Assembly (NCBI RefSeq): GCF_002105155.1 | Contig: NW_019028982.1 | Span: 868,001 to 932,000, forward strand | Length of the DNA stretch: 64,000 nt | From: Lobosporangium transversale | Lineage: Eukaryota | Direction: 5' to 3' | In this document: positions 11,985 to 24,196 of the stretch, piece by piece | How the letters are laid out: every line of letters begins with the position of its first letter | How positions within the stretch are numbered: position 1 is the stretch's first letter | Program-made: the position numbers and the translations under genes | Notes under the pieces: generated by a model | Seen by the model: the letters and a program-made list of their open reading frames with translations, nothing else | Databases searched by the model: none | Told to the model about the DNA's origin: nothing

Positions 11985-13812
11985 ATGGCTGAGGGTTCAT
12001 TTGTGATGACAGCTGACATCAGCTTTTACGATATTATCAAACGCACCTATGATAACCTCCCTGCTCTTCAAGCTCATCATACTGCAAATTCAAAGCCAAC
12101 CCCCGCCGACTTGAAGGTCTCAAGGTAAATCGTCTTCTCTGTGATCAAATGTCATAAGAAATAATGAAGGAGCATCACTCATAACTTTTTTTTTTTTTTT
12201 TTTTTTTTTTTTCGTCTCTAATCTGGGTAACATAGCTTCAATCACAAAACCATCAACCTTCGAGGATACACGCACCGTAAAGGCTAACAAAATCATTCCG
12301 GACAGTCATAGCATAATGAAATGGGGATTTGATAGTAATTGTTTTTTATATATATGTATATATATTAGATTACGTGGAGGAAGGAGATCCAAATGGAGTG
12401 CCTTTGGTGTTGCTCCATGGGTTCCCAGATATGTGGTACGGATGGCGTTATCAGATTCGTGCCTTGGCCAAGGAGGGTTATCGTGTTATCGCTATGGACA
12501 ATCTTGGATATGGTGGCTCTGTATGTCATCTATTTGCTTCTTTTTTTATTTATTTTTATTTTTTATTTTTTTTTTTTTCAATTAAGATTAATCAATCTCT
12601 ATTATCCCTCATGCCAAAGGATCAACCCAAGTGTCCGATCGATAACCCAGAGCCGTATACTCAGAAGAGCCATTCGGAATATATGGCGGACCTGCTAGAT
12701 CAGCTTGGCATCAAGAAGGCAGTTTTCATCGGACATGACTGGTAAACCTCAATTTCTTTTTTGATTACTAATAGTACGCTCGTATCCCTTCCCTCTTACT
12801 CATTTCCTTCTTCGAAAATAAAAAGGGGTGCTCTCTTGGTCTGGAGGCTTGGGCATTTCTTGCCTGACCGATGCTTGGCTGTTGTCGGGTAAGCACTCAA
12901 TTTTTTTTTTTTTTTTTTTTTTTTAAATCCATTTCCATTGTAATAGTATTATCATTGCACTCATTGCGACTTCCCTTGCCATTTAGTATCGGGATCCCTT
13001 ACCATGCTCCAACAGACCAACCAGTGGACTTTGCAGTCATATCTGCACTCTTCCCTCATCTCAAGTATATCGCTGTCTTCCAGACAGAGGAACCCGAGAC
13101 ATGGTTCGGTGGCGATGTAAGTTTGACCTACATGCATGGTCATAAACTGATGCGATATAATATGTATAGACTATGAGCACACTTTGGGCGTGAATATTGA
13201 CTGACATGGACATCTATATCTCTCTTTCTATCTCTTATTCTAATAAAAGCCTCATGAACAAGCATTGGCGATTATAAACACAGCGTATGCTACACGTCCA
13301 GGCACAAATGTCGAGGAGACACAGTATTATATCGATCAGTTCTCACGCACGACTTTTCATGGTGCATACAATTATTACCGTGCCATGAAACTCAATTCTG
13401 TTTCGGACCTGCGTAAGTTAATGTTAATTGCTTCTACTCGACGATTTTGAATGACATCAAGGGAAAAAAAAAAAAAAATCTCAATAGTTCTCTTTAAATA
13501 GAATTTGTGGGAAAACCATTGACAGTTCCGGCGCTGCATGTAATTGCGGAGAAGGATCCCATTGTGCCAGCTGATTATATAGCCATGATATCAACAGACA
13601 TGATCCAGGACTTGAAACAGGCTTACATCCCAGAGGGAAACCATAATGTCCACAGCGAGAATCCAGAGGAACTTAACAAGATTCTGATTGAATATTTGGA
13701 TGATCTTGTCAAGAAGCGTGCTAATGATATTAAAGATAACAGAATTAGTAATGGTCATGGTGTCGGTACAATGAAGGAGAAGCAAGACCAGGTAGAGGGG
13801 CATGCACCCTAG
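11985..13812 (+). CDS. Alpha/beta hydrolase, soluble epoxide hydrolase-like (copy 3)
   Basis: Multi-exon with intron positions matching copy 2. LLHGFPDMWYGWRYQI, GHDW|G, GAYNYYRA, KDPIV, GNHN. Confidence 0.88.
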
Positions 13813-15856
13813 GAGATCCTAGCTGACTGTGCAATAAATATGCGGGTTAATGTTATTGGAAATAGCTGTTATGAGTGAATTGGGACCGAGAAACGGTTGT
13901 TTGTAGTAGTGTTTGCAGTCGAACCTGATAAACTAAGAGATTCTCCAAAAATCTGTCCAAGGACCAATTGCTGCCCATTTTAGGTTGGTGGCGGGGACCC
14001 TACACGTGATAATAGAATCCAACTGCCGAAAATCTCAATTGATCATGATTTCACATTGTCTTCGGCGCCATGTCCGAAAGTGTATCACCTTTCTTCATTG
14101 AAACTCAACATTGAATAAGATGAAATAAAGTAAAAATAACTAGGTCGCTATATAAGATCCCTTTGTCCTGGAGTTATGATACTGTATCCTTCCAAGGATT
14201 TCCAAGGATCTCCCAAAAGCCAGACCACGTGGTTCTGGAGGCGGGTCTGATCACACCATTCTAGCCATCAGCGATTTGATTTTCAAAGATACAGGTCATG
14301 ACAACCCAAGCCGCCACGCGCATGTGTTTTTTCTTTTCCAGCAAGCGACACACACGCCTTGCTCAAGAATCTACACTGGGGCCTTACCGCGTGTTGAGTA
14401 AAAGAACGAGAATGCTGGTAGATGGCCTCTCTCCAGCGGTGACCGAGTTTATCTGTACTCACAGAGGGTCCAGGAGCGTCAAGCGAGAGTACGAGACGCA
14501 CCGGGCTGAGTTTGTCATTTAAATGAAAGGGAGCTCGTTTGAACAAGGGATAAACTCTGCGATCTCAGTTGTAAACTGGCTACACTACGCGTGGGTCGCC
14601 CGAAATCTGAAGTGGTTTACTCCTATGACCACAAAGCCAGCTGTCCTTACTTTTTTTGCGACCTAGACAGAGTGCGCTCGGACAGATATTCCCATGGATT
14701 CCTTAAAGCTGATAAGCAGGAGGGTACCATGGAATCAAGGTCAAGACCAGGTCAGTCCGACATCTCGCCTGTTCAAGAGCACATTCGACAGTTACCTGCC
14801 AATTTGAATTTGCCTTTTGAAGCGCTTACGCGGATCTGAGAGTCAAGAAAGTTCCAAACTCCGGGCTCTAGGTCCCACGCTTGCGGTGTATCTGGTATGT
14901 CGGTCGCTGATATCATGGTTCAAGGCAATTAGTCATTCCCAAGAACCTTTAAGAAGCATTGACTGCTGAATGTCGCTTTAAATAATACGTCTATTGATAC
15001 TTTGGGCTTTTTGCCTTTTTTAATCCAATTTTATTTGAGTCGATCTCTCTAGGGTCTTATACGGACACGGCACTATAGATAATGGTCTATTGAAAAGTTG
15101 GCGAAGCCGATGAACGTATGCTCCACTTATACCACCTCTTGACTTGGGGGATGGATGCAGTATCATATTTCCAGAACAGAGGGATCTTTTGCTTTAATTT
15201 ACCTATATCTCTTATCAGGTTCCATTGAAGGTGATAGATAGATATAAAGATATGGCGTTTAGACAATGTGGATAGGTCACCATCAGTTGATAATCCCGTT
15301 AATTGTCCCACATCATGCACATCATGATGCCATTGACTATCATGGAAAGGTTATACAGAAAGTTGATTTGTTAGTTTGACTTGATCAAGATAGGAAATCC
15401 CCTTTACACTGCCACATGTCAACACTGTTAGGATTAGTTGAATTCTTTAGCTCCCAATTATAGAGATCATACAGGGTTGAATGAGAGAAAGGAAACAAGC
15501 AATGCGTGTCTATCTTCCCTGATAACTAACAAGAAAAGCTCCTCTAAACAGCTCTAGGGTCGAGGTAGCTTATGGAAAAAGACCAAATGCGATACCGTGC
15601 TCTTAAACTGCACAGGTCGCGCAGTTCCTTGTTTGATTTTTGTTTTTGTTTTTATAAAAGCCTTGTTTTAGTGATTTGCTACATGAGCTTGTAAATAAGA
15701 AGCAATATCGTTATTTGGCAATAAATCCCTTCGGACAGCGGCTGTATGGCTGTTCGACTGCCAAGCCTATAGGATGTTTTATGTTGTCGCAATTTAAAGC
15801 GCCGTGATCACTACATTTCTCAATAATCCATATTCTTGTCCCTCCCGAGTTCTGAT

Positions 15857-15864
15857 TATAAATA
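15857..15864 (+). promoter_or_regulatory. Putative TATA box
   Basis: TATAAATA about 70 nt upstream of the ATG at 15926. Confidence 0.35.
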
Positions 15865-15925
15865 GCAAGCTTATTTATCCTCTTTTTTTTTATAATCACA
15901 GCTTAGTAAATCTACTTCACCTACA

Positions 15926-17716
15926 ATGCTTTCCCCAACCTCACTTTCTACCGCACTTATTGGTGCACTGTTAGCAATCGTCAGCAATGATTCTTTGTTT
16001 GTTTCTGCACAAGGCGATAACCCTACCTTCCAACTCCATCGTCAATGTCTCTGCCAACCTACTCAGTCTTGCTGGCCTAGTGCTGCTGACTGGTCTGCTC
16101 TCAACACAGCTGTTGGAGGCCGATTGATCCCTACCAAGCCTGCTGCCTATGAGTGCCATAACCCTAATTATGACCCAGGCAAATGCCAGGAGATTCAAAA
16201 AGGCTATTTTTTTGATTCTTGGAGACATCTTCAGCCTGGCGCTGTTGAACAAACCAATTGGGAGCTGTTTAACAACAAAGGTTGTCGCGGGTTTAACCAA
16301 ACTGAGCCGTGTTTCCAAGGTGCTGTCCCATTGTACACAATCAACGCTACCAGTGTCCAAGATGTCCAACAAGCGGTTCGATTCGCAGCCAAGAAAAACA
16401 TTCGCCTTGTAGTCAAGAACACAGGTCATGATTACCATGGGCGCAGTATTGGTGTTTCATCGCTTAATATTTGGGTTCATCACTTGAAGAGTATTGCCTT
16501 TAATGACAGCTTTGTTCCAGAAGGCGCCCCTAAAGGGACTCCAGCGACTGGTGCGATAATTTTAGATCCCGGTGTTATCTGGAGAGATGCTTATATTGCT
16601 GCTGACAAGCATAATGTCACTGTAGTCGGGGCTGGCCATGCCACAGTTGGAACTAGTGGCGGGTTCTGCCAAGGTGGAGGACATGGCCCTCTTTCACCTC
16701 GCTATGGTTTATGTGTGGACAATGTTCTTCAATTCAAGGTAGTCACAGCTGATGGTAAAACCAGGACTGCCAACGCTTACCGGAACAAGGATCTGTTCTG
16801 GGCTCTACGTGGTGGAGGAGGATCAACATTTGGAGTTGTGGTCCAAGCCATCTATAAGACTCATCCTCCTCTGAGGAATATCAGTTATGCGACGTATCGC
16901 ATAGCCTTTAACGGGACTGAATCTCGTCGTCAAGTCTATAGCAGTTTTTTATCCCAGCAGCTCTCTTGGTCTAAGGCGGGACACTCTGGCTATGCCCTCA
17001 TCCAAAAGGAGTTTTTATTGTTGTACTACTACTTACTCAATTCGGATGCCGCTGCTGGACAAAAGAGTTTTGAGCCTTTCTTGAAGGATATTTCAGCGAT
17101 TCCTGGCGTAACAGTGGACGGTACAGTCACAGGTGCATCCTCATTCTGGGAGAGCTTCAAGGCCGGGATGCCTCCGCCAGAAGTACCTAACTCTGGCACT
17201 AATGTCCTCCTTGGGTCACGCTTGATCCCCCAGAGCAAATTCGAGTCCGAAGCCGGCGTGAAGCAATTAAGTGACACCTTTTATGACGTTATGGAAGATC
17301 TAGACGGATATTTGATGCCGCAGGAGGGTTTGATTGGTACTTTGGTGGCAGGTGGTCAAGTGTCGAAAGGTACTAGCAAGGAGACATCAGTAGGGCCAGC
17401 ATGGCGTCAAGCTTTGTTTCATATAATATCACCCGTTACCTGGGACAATAGTGCTTCCCCTGAAGCTGTTCAGACATTAGGTCGTAAGGTGACTTCAGCC
17501 ATTGAACGTCTACGTGAAATTACGCCTGGATCTGGAGCATATTTCAACGAGGCGGACCATTCTGAGCCTAACTGGCAACAGTCATTCTTCGGAAGCAATT
17601 ACCCACGCCTAAAGCAGGTGAAAACCAAGTATGACCCTTATGGTGTGTTTATTTGCCATCATTGTGTTGGTAGCGAGGATTGGAACGAGAATTTGACCTG
17701 CCGCCACCAAAAGTAA
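15926..17716 (+). CDS. Secreted FAD-linked oxidoreductase (FAD_binding_4 + BBE domain), intronless
   Basis: Signal peptide; CQPTQSCWPS; KNTGHDYHGRS FAD-binding His motif; GGGHGPLSPRYGLCVDNVLQF; DLFWALRGGGG; GAYFNEAD..WQQSFFGSNYPRLKQVKTKYDP. Confidence 0.93.
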   Translation: MLSPTSLSTALIGALLAIVSNDSLFVSAQGDNPTFQLHRQCLCQPTQSCWPSAADWSALNTAVGGRLIPTKPAAYECHNPNYDPGKCQEIQKGYFFDSWRHLQPGAVEQTNWELFNNKGCRGFNQTEPCFQGAVPLYTINATSVQDVQQAVRFAAKKNIRLVVKNTGHDYHGRSIGVSSLNIWVHHLKSIAFNDSFVPEGAPKGTPATGAIILDPGVIWRDAYIAADKHNVTVVGAGHATVGTSGGFCQGGGHGPLSPRYGLCVDNVLQFKVVTADGKTRTANAYRNKDLFWALRGGGGSTFGVVVQAIYKTHPPLRNISYATYRIAFNGTESRRQVYSSFLSQQLSWSKAGHSGYALIQKEFLLLYYYLLNSDAAAGQKSFEPFLKDISAIPGVTVDGTVTGASSFWESFKAGMPPPEVPNSGTNVLLGSRLIPQSKFESEAGVKQLSDTFYDVMEDLDGYLMPQEGLIGTLVAGGQVSKGTSKETSVGPAWRQALFHIISPVTWDNSASPEAVQTLGRKVTSAIERLREITPGSGAYFNEADHSEPNWQQSFFGSNYPRLKQVKTKYDPYGVFICHHCVGSEDWNENLTCRHQK

Positions 17717-18772
17717 ATATAGTTCGTTGGGTACCAAAATAAACGCAGGTCAACCTTATTTTTTCCTTATACCATCCACCGTCCAACTCCTCTTCAGCTG
17801 AGTGTTGGACTTCTATTGCCGCCTTAATGCCATATCATCGTCGGTATCTCCAGCATTAGTGTTTTCCATGTACTCATTTGTATACGCTGATGAATTGTAC
17901 TTCCAAAGAGGAAAAAAAAATCTTTAATCACTCGTGGGGTTTTGCCGCCTCAGACATCTTTTAAAAATCCAAACAGCTGATTGAAAACTACCCATATCCT
18001 CTTTCCTTCTATAAAAAAAGCCTTCATCACCAATTGAATAATTATATGTATCAATTGGTTGCGACGACCTTGTGTGCCCATGGTCGATAACCATGCCAAA
18101 GGCCCGAAGCGTGGACCGCTTCATGAATCATTATCAGTGCAGTTGCGTGGTATCATGCCGCCGCTTACGATTTCAGGCCTTGATGACAATACAGCTGTCC
18201 TGGCGCACATTAGCCCTCCGAGGCATATTTGATGTTGGAGCATTGATAATAGCTCTTGAATCAATGCGCTCATCAATGAGCTAAGTAAAGCTCTGGGGCT
18301 ATGGCAGGTATGAACCTGCGAGCCTATGCCTGTACAATGCCGCTAGTAGAAAGTGGATCAACGCTCATGGTATGTATGGATTAAGATTTAAGATTTTCTC
18401 GGGAAACCGCGTGGTACCCAGCACTATAGATGGCAGATGCATTGCTTCAGCTAAGAGAGTCTAGGAGGCCCAAAGGCTTTGTATTTGGTGCGGCATCTTG
18501 ATGAGGTCGAATCTTTTAGTGAATCTCCAAATAGACGTGTCTGTCTTCAACTGGTTTTCTACTGTCTGGCTTCAGCTTGAATAATAAACAGCCTCTCTGG
18601 ACCACAAACTGCTCTCCTTGTTTATTCTTTTTCCTGGCTGTTACATTAGGCTAGCCTAGGCTACCTTCAAGCCACCACTTATATTTTATCAGATGATACT
18701 CGTTCAACAATGGTATGAATAGTGCTTATTAAGATTTTTTCGAAGGCAGAGAGGCGATTAATGACCTTCCCT

Positions 18773-19190
18773 TTAATATGTCTATTTTTGGTGAACTTAG
18801 CTTTGGTTGAGGGAAGTCTGTTGTTATTTTGCCGTTGTCAGCAGCCAGCTTGCCCTTCTGCAGCATCGCTGATTTGGCTTTGCCGGTGATATATGAGGCA
18901 AGGGTGGACCTAGGGATAATTGTTCCTCGCGGAACATCGAATCCTTGCGTTGCCGTGTGCCGCCACAGTTGGCGGTCTCAAAGAAAGTGATAGTGAACTC
19001 AATTGCGAACGGAATATCGTTGCGACACTTGATACCCTTCGGATTCTTGGTCTTGGATACATCAAGACACGTGTCATACTTTGTGACCTCAAACTGACTG
19101 CAGGTCCCCTTGAAGCTTTCTTTGGTATAGAACTGCATTGCGATCGCCGATTGAGAAGTGGCAGCCAATGAGGTCGTAGAGACGGTAACG
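18773..19190 (-). pseudogene. Decayed paralog of the small secreted protein at 20004-20438
   Basis: ATSQSAIAMQFYTKESFKGTCSQFEVTKYDTC aligns to ATSQATTTMQFYTDENFKGKCSQFQITAYDKC. No in-frame ATG before the signal remnant. The homologous tail (MLQKGKL..., NNRLPSTKAKF) lies in other frames. Confidence 0.8.
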
Positions 19191-20003
19191 CAAGAGTGTT
19201 ATATGTTTTTAAGTGGAGTGGAGGAAAAGGGAGGGTGCGTATAAGGAATCATTGAGGAATGGACATCATTTCCCAGAAGACAACTTTTAAATTAGATGGT
19301 AGGTATGATTTGGTCTAATCAAGACACTGATAAAACCCTGCACGGTATTTGTGTAAAGAACAAAACGATCGTAGGCGAGATAAAGAAAGATTTAATGAAG
19401 TCTTAACCCTTATTTTATATGAGACTGTCCCGCACTGAGAAACCTCACAGGGCAAAACCAAATACCTCTAAATAGTTAGAGTAATGGATGTGTAGCATAT
19501 TCACAAGCCAATTATACTCACCACTACAGCCCACACTTCCACATTGCCATTGAAAGGGTACTAAACCTTAATTTTAAAAAAACTACAGTATATATATACA
19601 ATGGTAGACTATAATGTTTTTCTATTTATTAAGCAATTTCCACTTTTCAAAATATCTTTCAGGGGCCTTTCATGTGCAAGGCTTATATATATATTCCTTC
19701 AAAGGTATTTTTAAGACTCGTCCATGCGGGGAAATGTGGCGAGTGGACTGAGTGCGAGGTCTCTTCTTTTTCAGTTTTTGGTTATGCAAGCAGCGAAAAT
19801 AACAAATCAAAGGGGCACTAACAATGCTATTATACTTTTTACTTGATATTATTATTATTATTATTATTATTATTTTTTAACACCACGACTACTCTATCCC
19901 TATCTGTAACCGGTGTATTCAGAACAAAGACAGGAGATGCTGCAAATTGGCTGTAGCGAGAAAGTGGTCAAATAAATAAACAGATGGACGATGGACTCTT
20001 TCC

Positions 20004-20438
20004 TTAATACGTGCACTTCTTGTTAAATTTCGCAGGCGTAGAAGGGAGCTTATTATTGTTTTTTCCCTTTTCAAGGGTAAGCTTTCCCTTTTGGAGCATG
20101 AAGGACCCAACGTTGCCGTAAACCCATGGGATCTTGGCACCTTCAAGAACTTCGCCATATGGAACAGCCCGTCCGTCTCGGATCCACTTGCCACCACAGT
20201 TGGTAGATGAAAAGAAGGTGAACGTAAGGTCGCTGGCAGCTGGATCGTCGTTAACGAACTTGAGGGATTTTGCGTTCTTGGCCTTGGAGACGTTAAAGCA
20301 TTTGTCATACGCTGTGATCTGAAATTGGCTGCACTTGCCCTTGAAATTTTCGTCAGTGTAAAACTGCATAGTAGTGGTAGCCTGAGAGGTGGCAATCAAG
20401 GCAGTAGCTGAGATGGTGGCGAGGATGAGGAGCTTCAT
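20004..20438 (-). CDS. Small secreted protein (144 aa, 4 Cys), possibly beta/gamma-crystallin-like fold
   Basis: Signal peptide MKLLILATISATALIATSQA; FYTDENFKG resembles the crystallin YxxxxFxG motif; an adjacent paralog supports coding status. Confidence 0.8.
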   Translation of the reverse strand: MKLLILATISATALIATSQATTTMQFYTDENFKGKCSQFQITAYDKCFNVSKAKNAKSLKFVNDDPAASDLTFTFFSSTNCGGKWIRDGRAVPYGEVLEGAKIPWVYGNVGSFMLQKGKLTLEKGKNNNKLPSTPAKFNKKCTY

Positions 20439-21992
20439 GGTTAAATGTGTACTATTACTGTTTTTTTATTATTTTGTTTTTTAATTTTCTTTGGAATATG
20501 GAGAGGAAATGGTTTAAATGGAGAAATCTGGGGTTGTTGGGCCATTTTATACCAGAGACGTGGCTGCATGGACACGGACGTAGAACGAGTATAAATGTTG
20601 TACCACAAACCCTGTCACACATAATTTACAATTTTTTTGTTTTGTTCGCCCTCTTTGATTCTGCACTTTGGATTTCGCCCTACGCCGAGAATTTGCCCCC
20701 AACCTTAATTCGCCCTCATTCATTCCTTATATTTATGGATTCAATATTATTCTGTTCCATTTGATCGCAATCCCTTATATTTTTGAACACTCTCGAGTTT
20801 GTTGCCAATCAATTAGCTCGCTTGTTGCAAGCCCGTCAGGTAGTGGGATACCACCAAACCAGTTCAATTACCGTTTTTAGATGGATTGTGAACATTCCAT
20901 ATTTTCATCTTATTCCGCAAATATCACTGTATTGGATTCCCTATCCAATTTCCGCATGCAAAGCCCTAGTGAGAGCAACAAAAATGTTGGGGACCTTCAT
21001 ATCAATTAACGCGTCGCTGATATTAATTGATTTCTCTTGCAGCCACTGACGAATGAGGTCAAAAGCGATGTTCAAGGGAGTCCGCCGACTTTTTAATGAT
21101 GCAAGTCATCCTTCCTTAAATCTTTTATAGCAAACCCCATATCTTTAACCTCTTCATTACATCTAAGGCTATAGAATTAAGTAATTATCGATCATACTGA
21201 CAATATATTCCTCTCCAAAAAAAACCCCCTGGAGTCATAGTTCCTCAGTTCTTCTTTGGTTGCAGAAACAAAAATGCAATGTTAAGCCTATTCCACAATG
21301 TATTTTGCCAAGATTGAGCATAAGAAGAATTGGTATCATGAAAGATGATGACTGCTTGGATTTCATCATATCTGAAGTGCTTGAAAAGATACACTTTTCT
21401 TAGGCTCGTCACCAGATTATATGGTTTTTTTTAATCCGTGTATGCCTCGGGAATACTTCATTTATTTTCTTCGAAAAAGAGCTGGAACACGCCATCCAAG
21501 CTGGATCCTTTCTTTGGTTAGACTATCGTCAATTACAGGTATTTTGTTAAGCAAAAGACTTGTAAATGAATTAGTCTAACCAAAAATGGCGACTGCACCA
21601 CTCACCAAAAAAAAAAAAAGATTGGTTCGTCAGAATTGCAATTCCAATACGTCATCATAGTGTGCTAAATCAAATAGGGTATCTAAAAGAAGGTTGTGTG
21701 GAGATTCCGATCTGCACAATATCCAGATAGGCATTTAAAGAAGCAAAAAAAAAAAAAAAAAAAAAAAAGAGTGTGACGCAAAGAAAAGACAGCAGCAAAT
21801 GAAAAAATGAGGAGTGATCTTGCGTTTTGTTTAGTAATGATGCTATTTTAAGCAACAGACTGTGTTCATTCGCAAGGACATCTGCGTTACTGCGTTACAT
21901 AAATAAAAATGAAAGCTCCTGATGTTTGTTCCTCTGCTTTTTCTTTCCTTCCCTCAACTACTTCATATTCATTCAAATAATAAAAAACAAGA

Positions 21993-22471
21993 ATGCTCTC
22001 CAAATCGCTCTTCTTGTTGGCCATCATCAGTTCGGCCGTCTTTGCTGAGGTCTACAATCCTCCAATCACATTTCCCAAGAAAGGGGATGTATTCAAGGCT
22101 GGAGAGACCATCACTGTTTTGTGGTACGTCTTACAATTCATTGTATTTGCTCTTGTATTATTTATTAAAAGGCTATAAACCTCATTTGCTAATATATCTA
22201 TCGTTTTACCATGTTTACTTTGAGCAGGGATACTACCGATTTGCCTCCTAATATCCCCAATAAAGGGATGATCCTACTCGGTCGACTGACTGCAGATAGT
22301 GAGAATCTAGATGTGAAGCATCCGCTTGCAAAGGGGTTCTGGTTGACAGAAGGAAGCTACAATATCACGTTCCCAGCTAAAGCTAAGACAGCTCATAATT
22401 ATATTCTCGCTCTTCTTGGTGATTCAGGCAACATTAGCAAAACTTTCACTATCTGTGGAAAGTCCAAATAA
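21993..22471 (+). CDS. Small secreted protein, Kre9/Knh1 N-terminal-like beta-sandwich domain (exons 21993-22123, 22228-22471)
   Basis: Signal peptide; VYNPPITFP..GETITVLW|DT..SENLDVKHPLAKGF..GDSGNISKTFTI. A GT-AG intron restores the frame at the Trp codon. Confidence 0.82.
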
Positions 22472-23059
22472 AGGTTTTTTTTTTTAGTTTACATAAATAT
22501 TCATAAACATGTTCTTTCACTCTCAGAAAATGATTTGAATGGAGCAAATGGTTTGACAAAAAGAAGAAATAACTGGTTCTGTGTTTAATAATAAAAACGA
22601 TTGATTACTAACTTTGGATTTGACAGGTCAAACTCAGATATCCTCTATCATTAAAATGGTCAAAATCATTCCATCATCACTTTGCACTGTCAAAACGCAA
22701 CATGAGCAGCCCTACAGACGCTTTCAAGGTAAAGTAGCTTATTTGAAGAACGCATGAGGGTATTTTTTTTATTTAATCTGTGTCTTTATGCTGTTTCTTT
22801 TCATTATCTTGTCAACAAAGTAGTTAGTTCGGCGACCCATAGGAATAATTCCAACTTCTGGAGAAACGTCTTTAATGCATGTATGTAATCTTAGTATTTA
22901 ACCTAGGACTGTAATGATATTAATCTTTAATGCATGGTTGAAGTATCAACAAACAAACATAAAAGTAAATCTAAGTTTGGCTGCGATCTCTGATAATTCA
23001 AGGGCTTATCTCTTTGTGCCTGACTGGGCACAGTTCGGTTGAGTATTTGATCACTATGG

Positions 23060-24125
23060 ATCTGTTGATTTTCTAACGCAAACTAAACGCTTGCACGCCT
23101 GCGTTGTAGTAGTCATCCATGTATCTATACCAATCTATACTTCTTTGGGGGCCACTCTTGAGCTCTGCAGGAGCTGCATTACCGAGGCCCAATGTATTGG
23201 TTACACCAAAAAACCATTGGCGCAGGTTAAAGCATTGGAAGGCTATGGGTACGGCCATTACCTTGGAGATATGGACTCTAAGCTTATCACTATCCTTGCG
23301 TTGGGCTAAAGTTTGGATCTGCTCGCCGAAGCGGGCGTCAAATCGGTGTTTGAAATCTTAAGCAGGGTAAAATTCGAAATGAATGTCGGCAGGAATTAAG
23401 TTTAGTTTAGCGGACTAGGACGTGATTGTGTAAATAGAAACATTTATCAATATTCCTTAATTTTACTGGACGTTGCACCTATAAGCACTTTCCTTTCTTT
23501 TTTCCTTACAGACCACTGCTTATTTACCTCACAGCTGATCCATCCTTGAGCTTGGCTGGGGGTGCAACACACGATCATTTTGTTGATCGCAATAGCACCA
23601 TCTACCCATCAAGGGGCCTGGTTCCTGATAAGCAGCGCTGACAATAGAAGGACGGGCAATGACGATAGGGGGATCCATATCCTTGTATCACGTTTTAATC
23701 AGATTTCCTTTCAAGGATTTGGCGAATGAGTATGTGTTGTGGGGTAGGTCGCGGGACAACGGATTTTTCGTAGTCTCTCTTATCTCTTCGTGGGATATCT
23801 TGGTGGCTAGCATTTTATGTATTGATTCCGGATCATCGCGAAATGGATGAGAATAGATGGCCTCATCAATATGTTGACTAGCCATAGGCGCGTTGACATA
23901 ATAAGACAAAATATGAACAGCAGCAGCTAAGTTTTTGAAGCCCTTGGCAACCTCGAATACACGGAAAGGGTTTTTTATATTTGTCTAAAATAAAATAATT
24001 AATAGAGTCATTTTTTTGTCAAGCATTGATGCTATTATGTTTCGTGTATTTTGCCTGAGGGGTGTTGTTCAATGGGATATTAAATCTGGCAGAGACAGCA
24101 CTGTTGACGACAATTGTAGTAAACC
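23060..24125 (-). pseudogene. Fatty acyl-CoA reductase (male-sterility NAD-binding + Sterile domain) pseudogene, 5'-truncated
   Basis: Manual translation gives FAR motifs in order: IVVNSAVSARFNIPL; VFEVAKGFKNLAAAVHILSYYVN; PHNTYSFAKSL (YxxxK); PIVIARPSIVSAAYQEP-P*WVDG; QWFF...IDWYRYM...GVQAFSLR. Interrupted by stops and frameshifts. Confidence 0.8.
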
Positions 24126-24196
24126 AAAGTCACCACGTTTTTCGGCCTGATATACTAATACAACTGATATATTGTAAAGTATGTAGCTTTATTCTT

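Noticed and set aside
14170..15320. Coding-like fragments, possible relic gene or transposon
   Set aside because: Only short ORFs with no recognisable motif.
7714..17716. Hydrolases plus flavo-oxidase as a biosynthetic gene cluster
   Set aside because: No PKS, NRPS, terpene synthase, transporter or regulator in the window.
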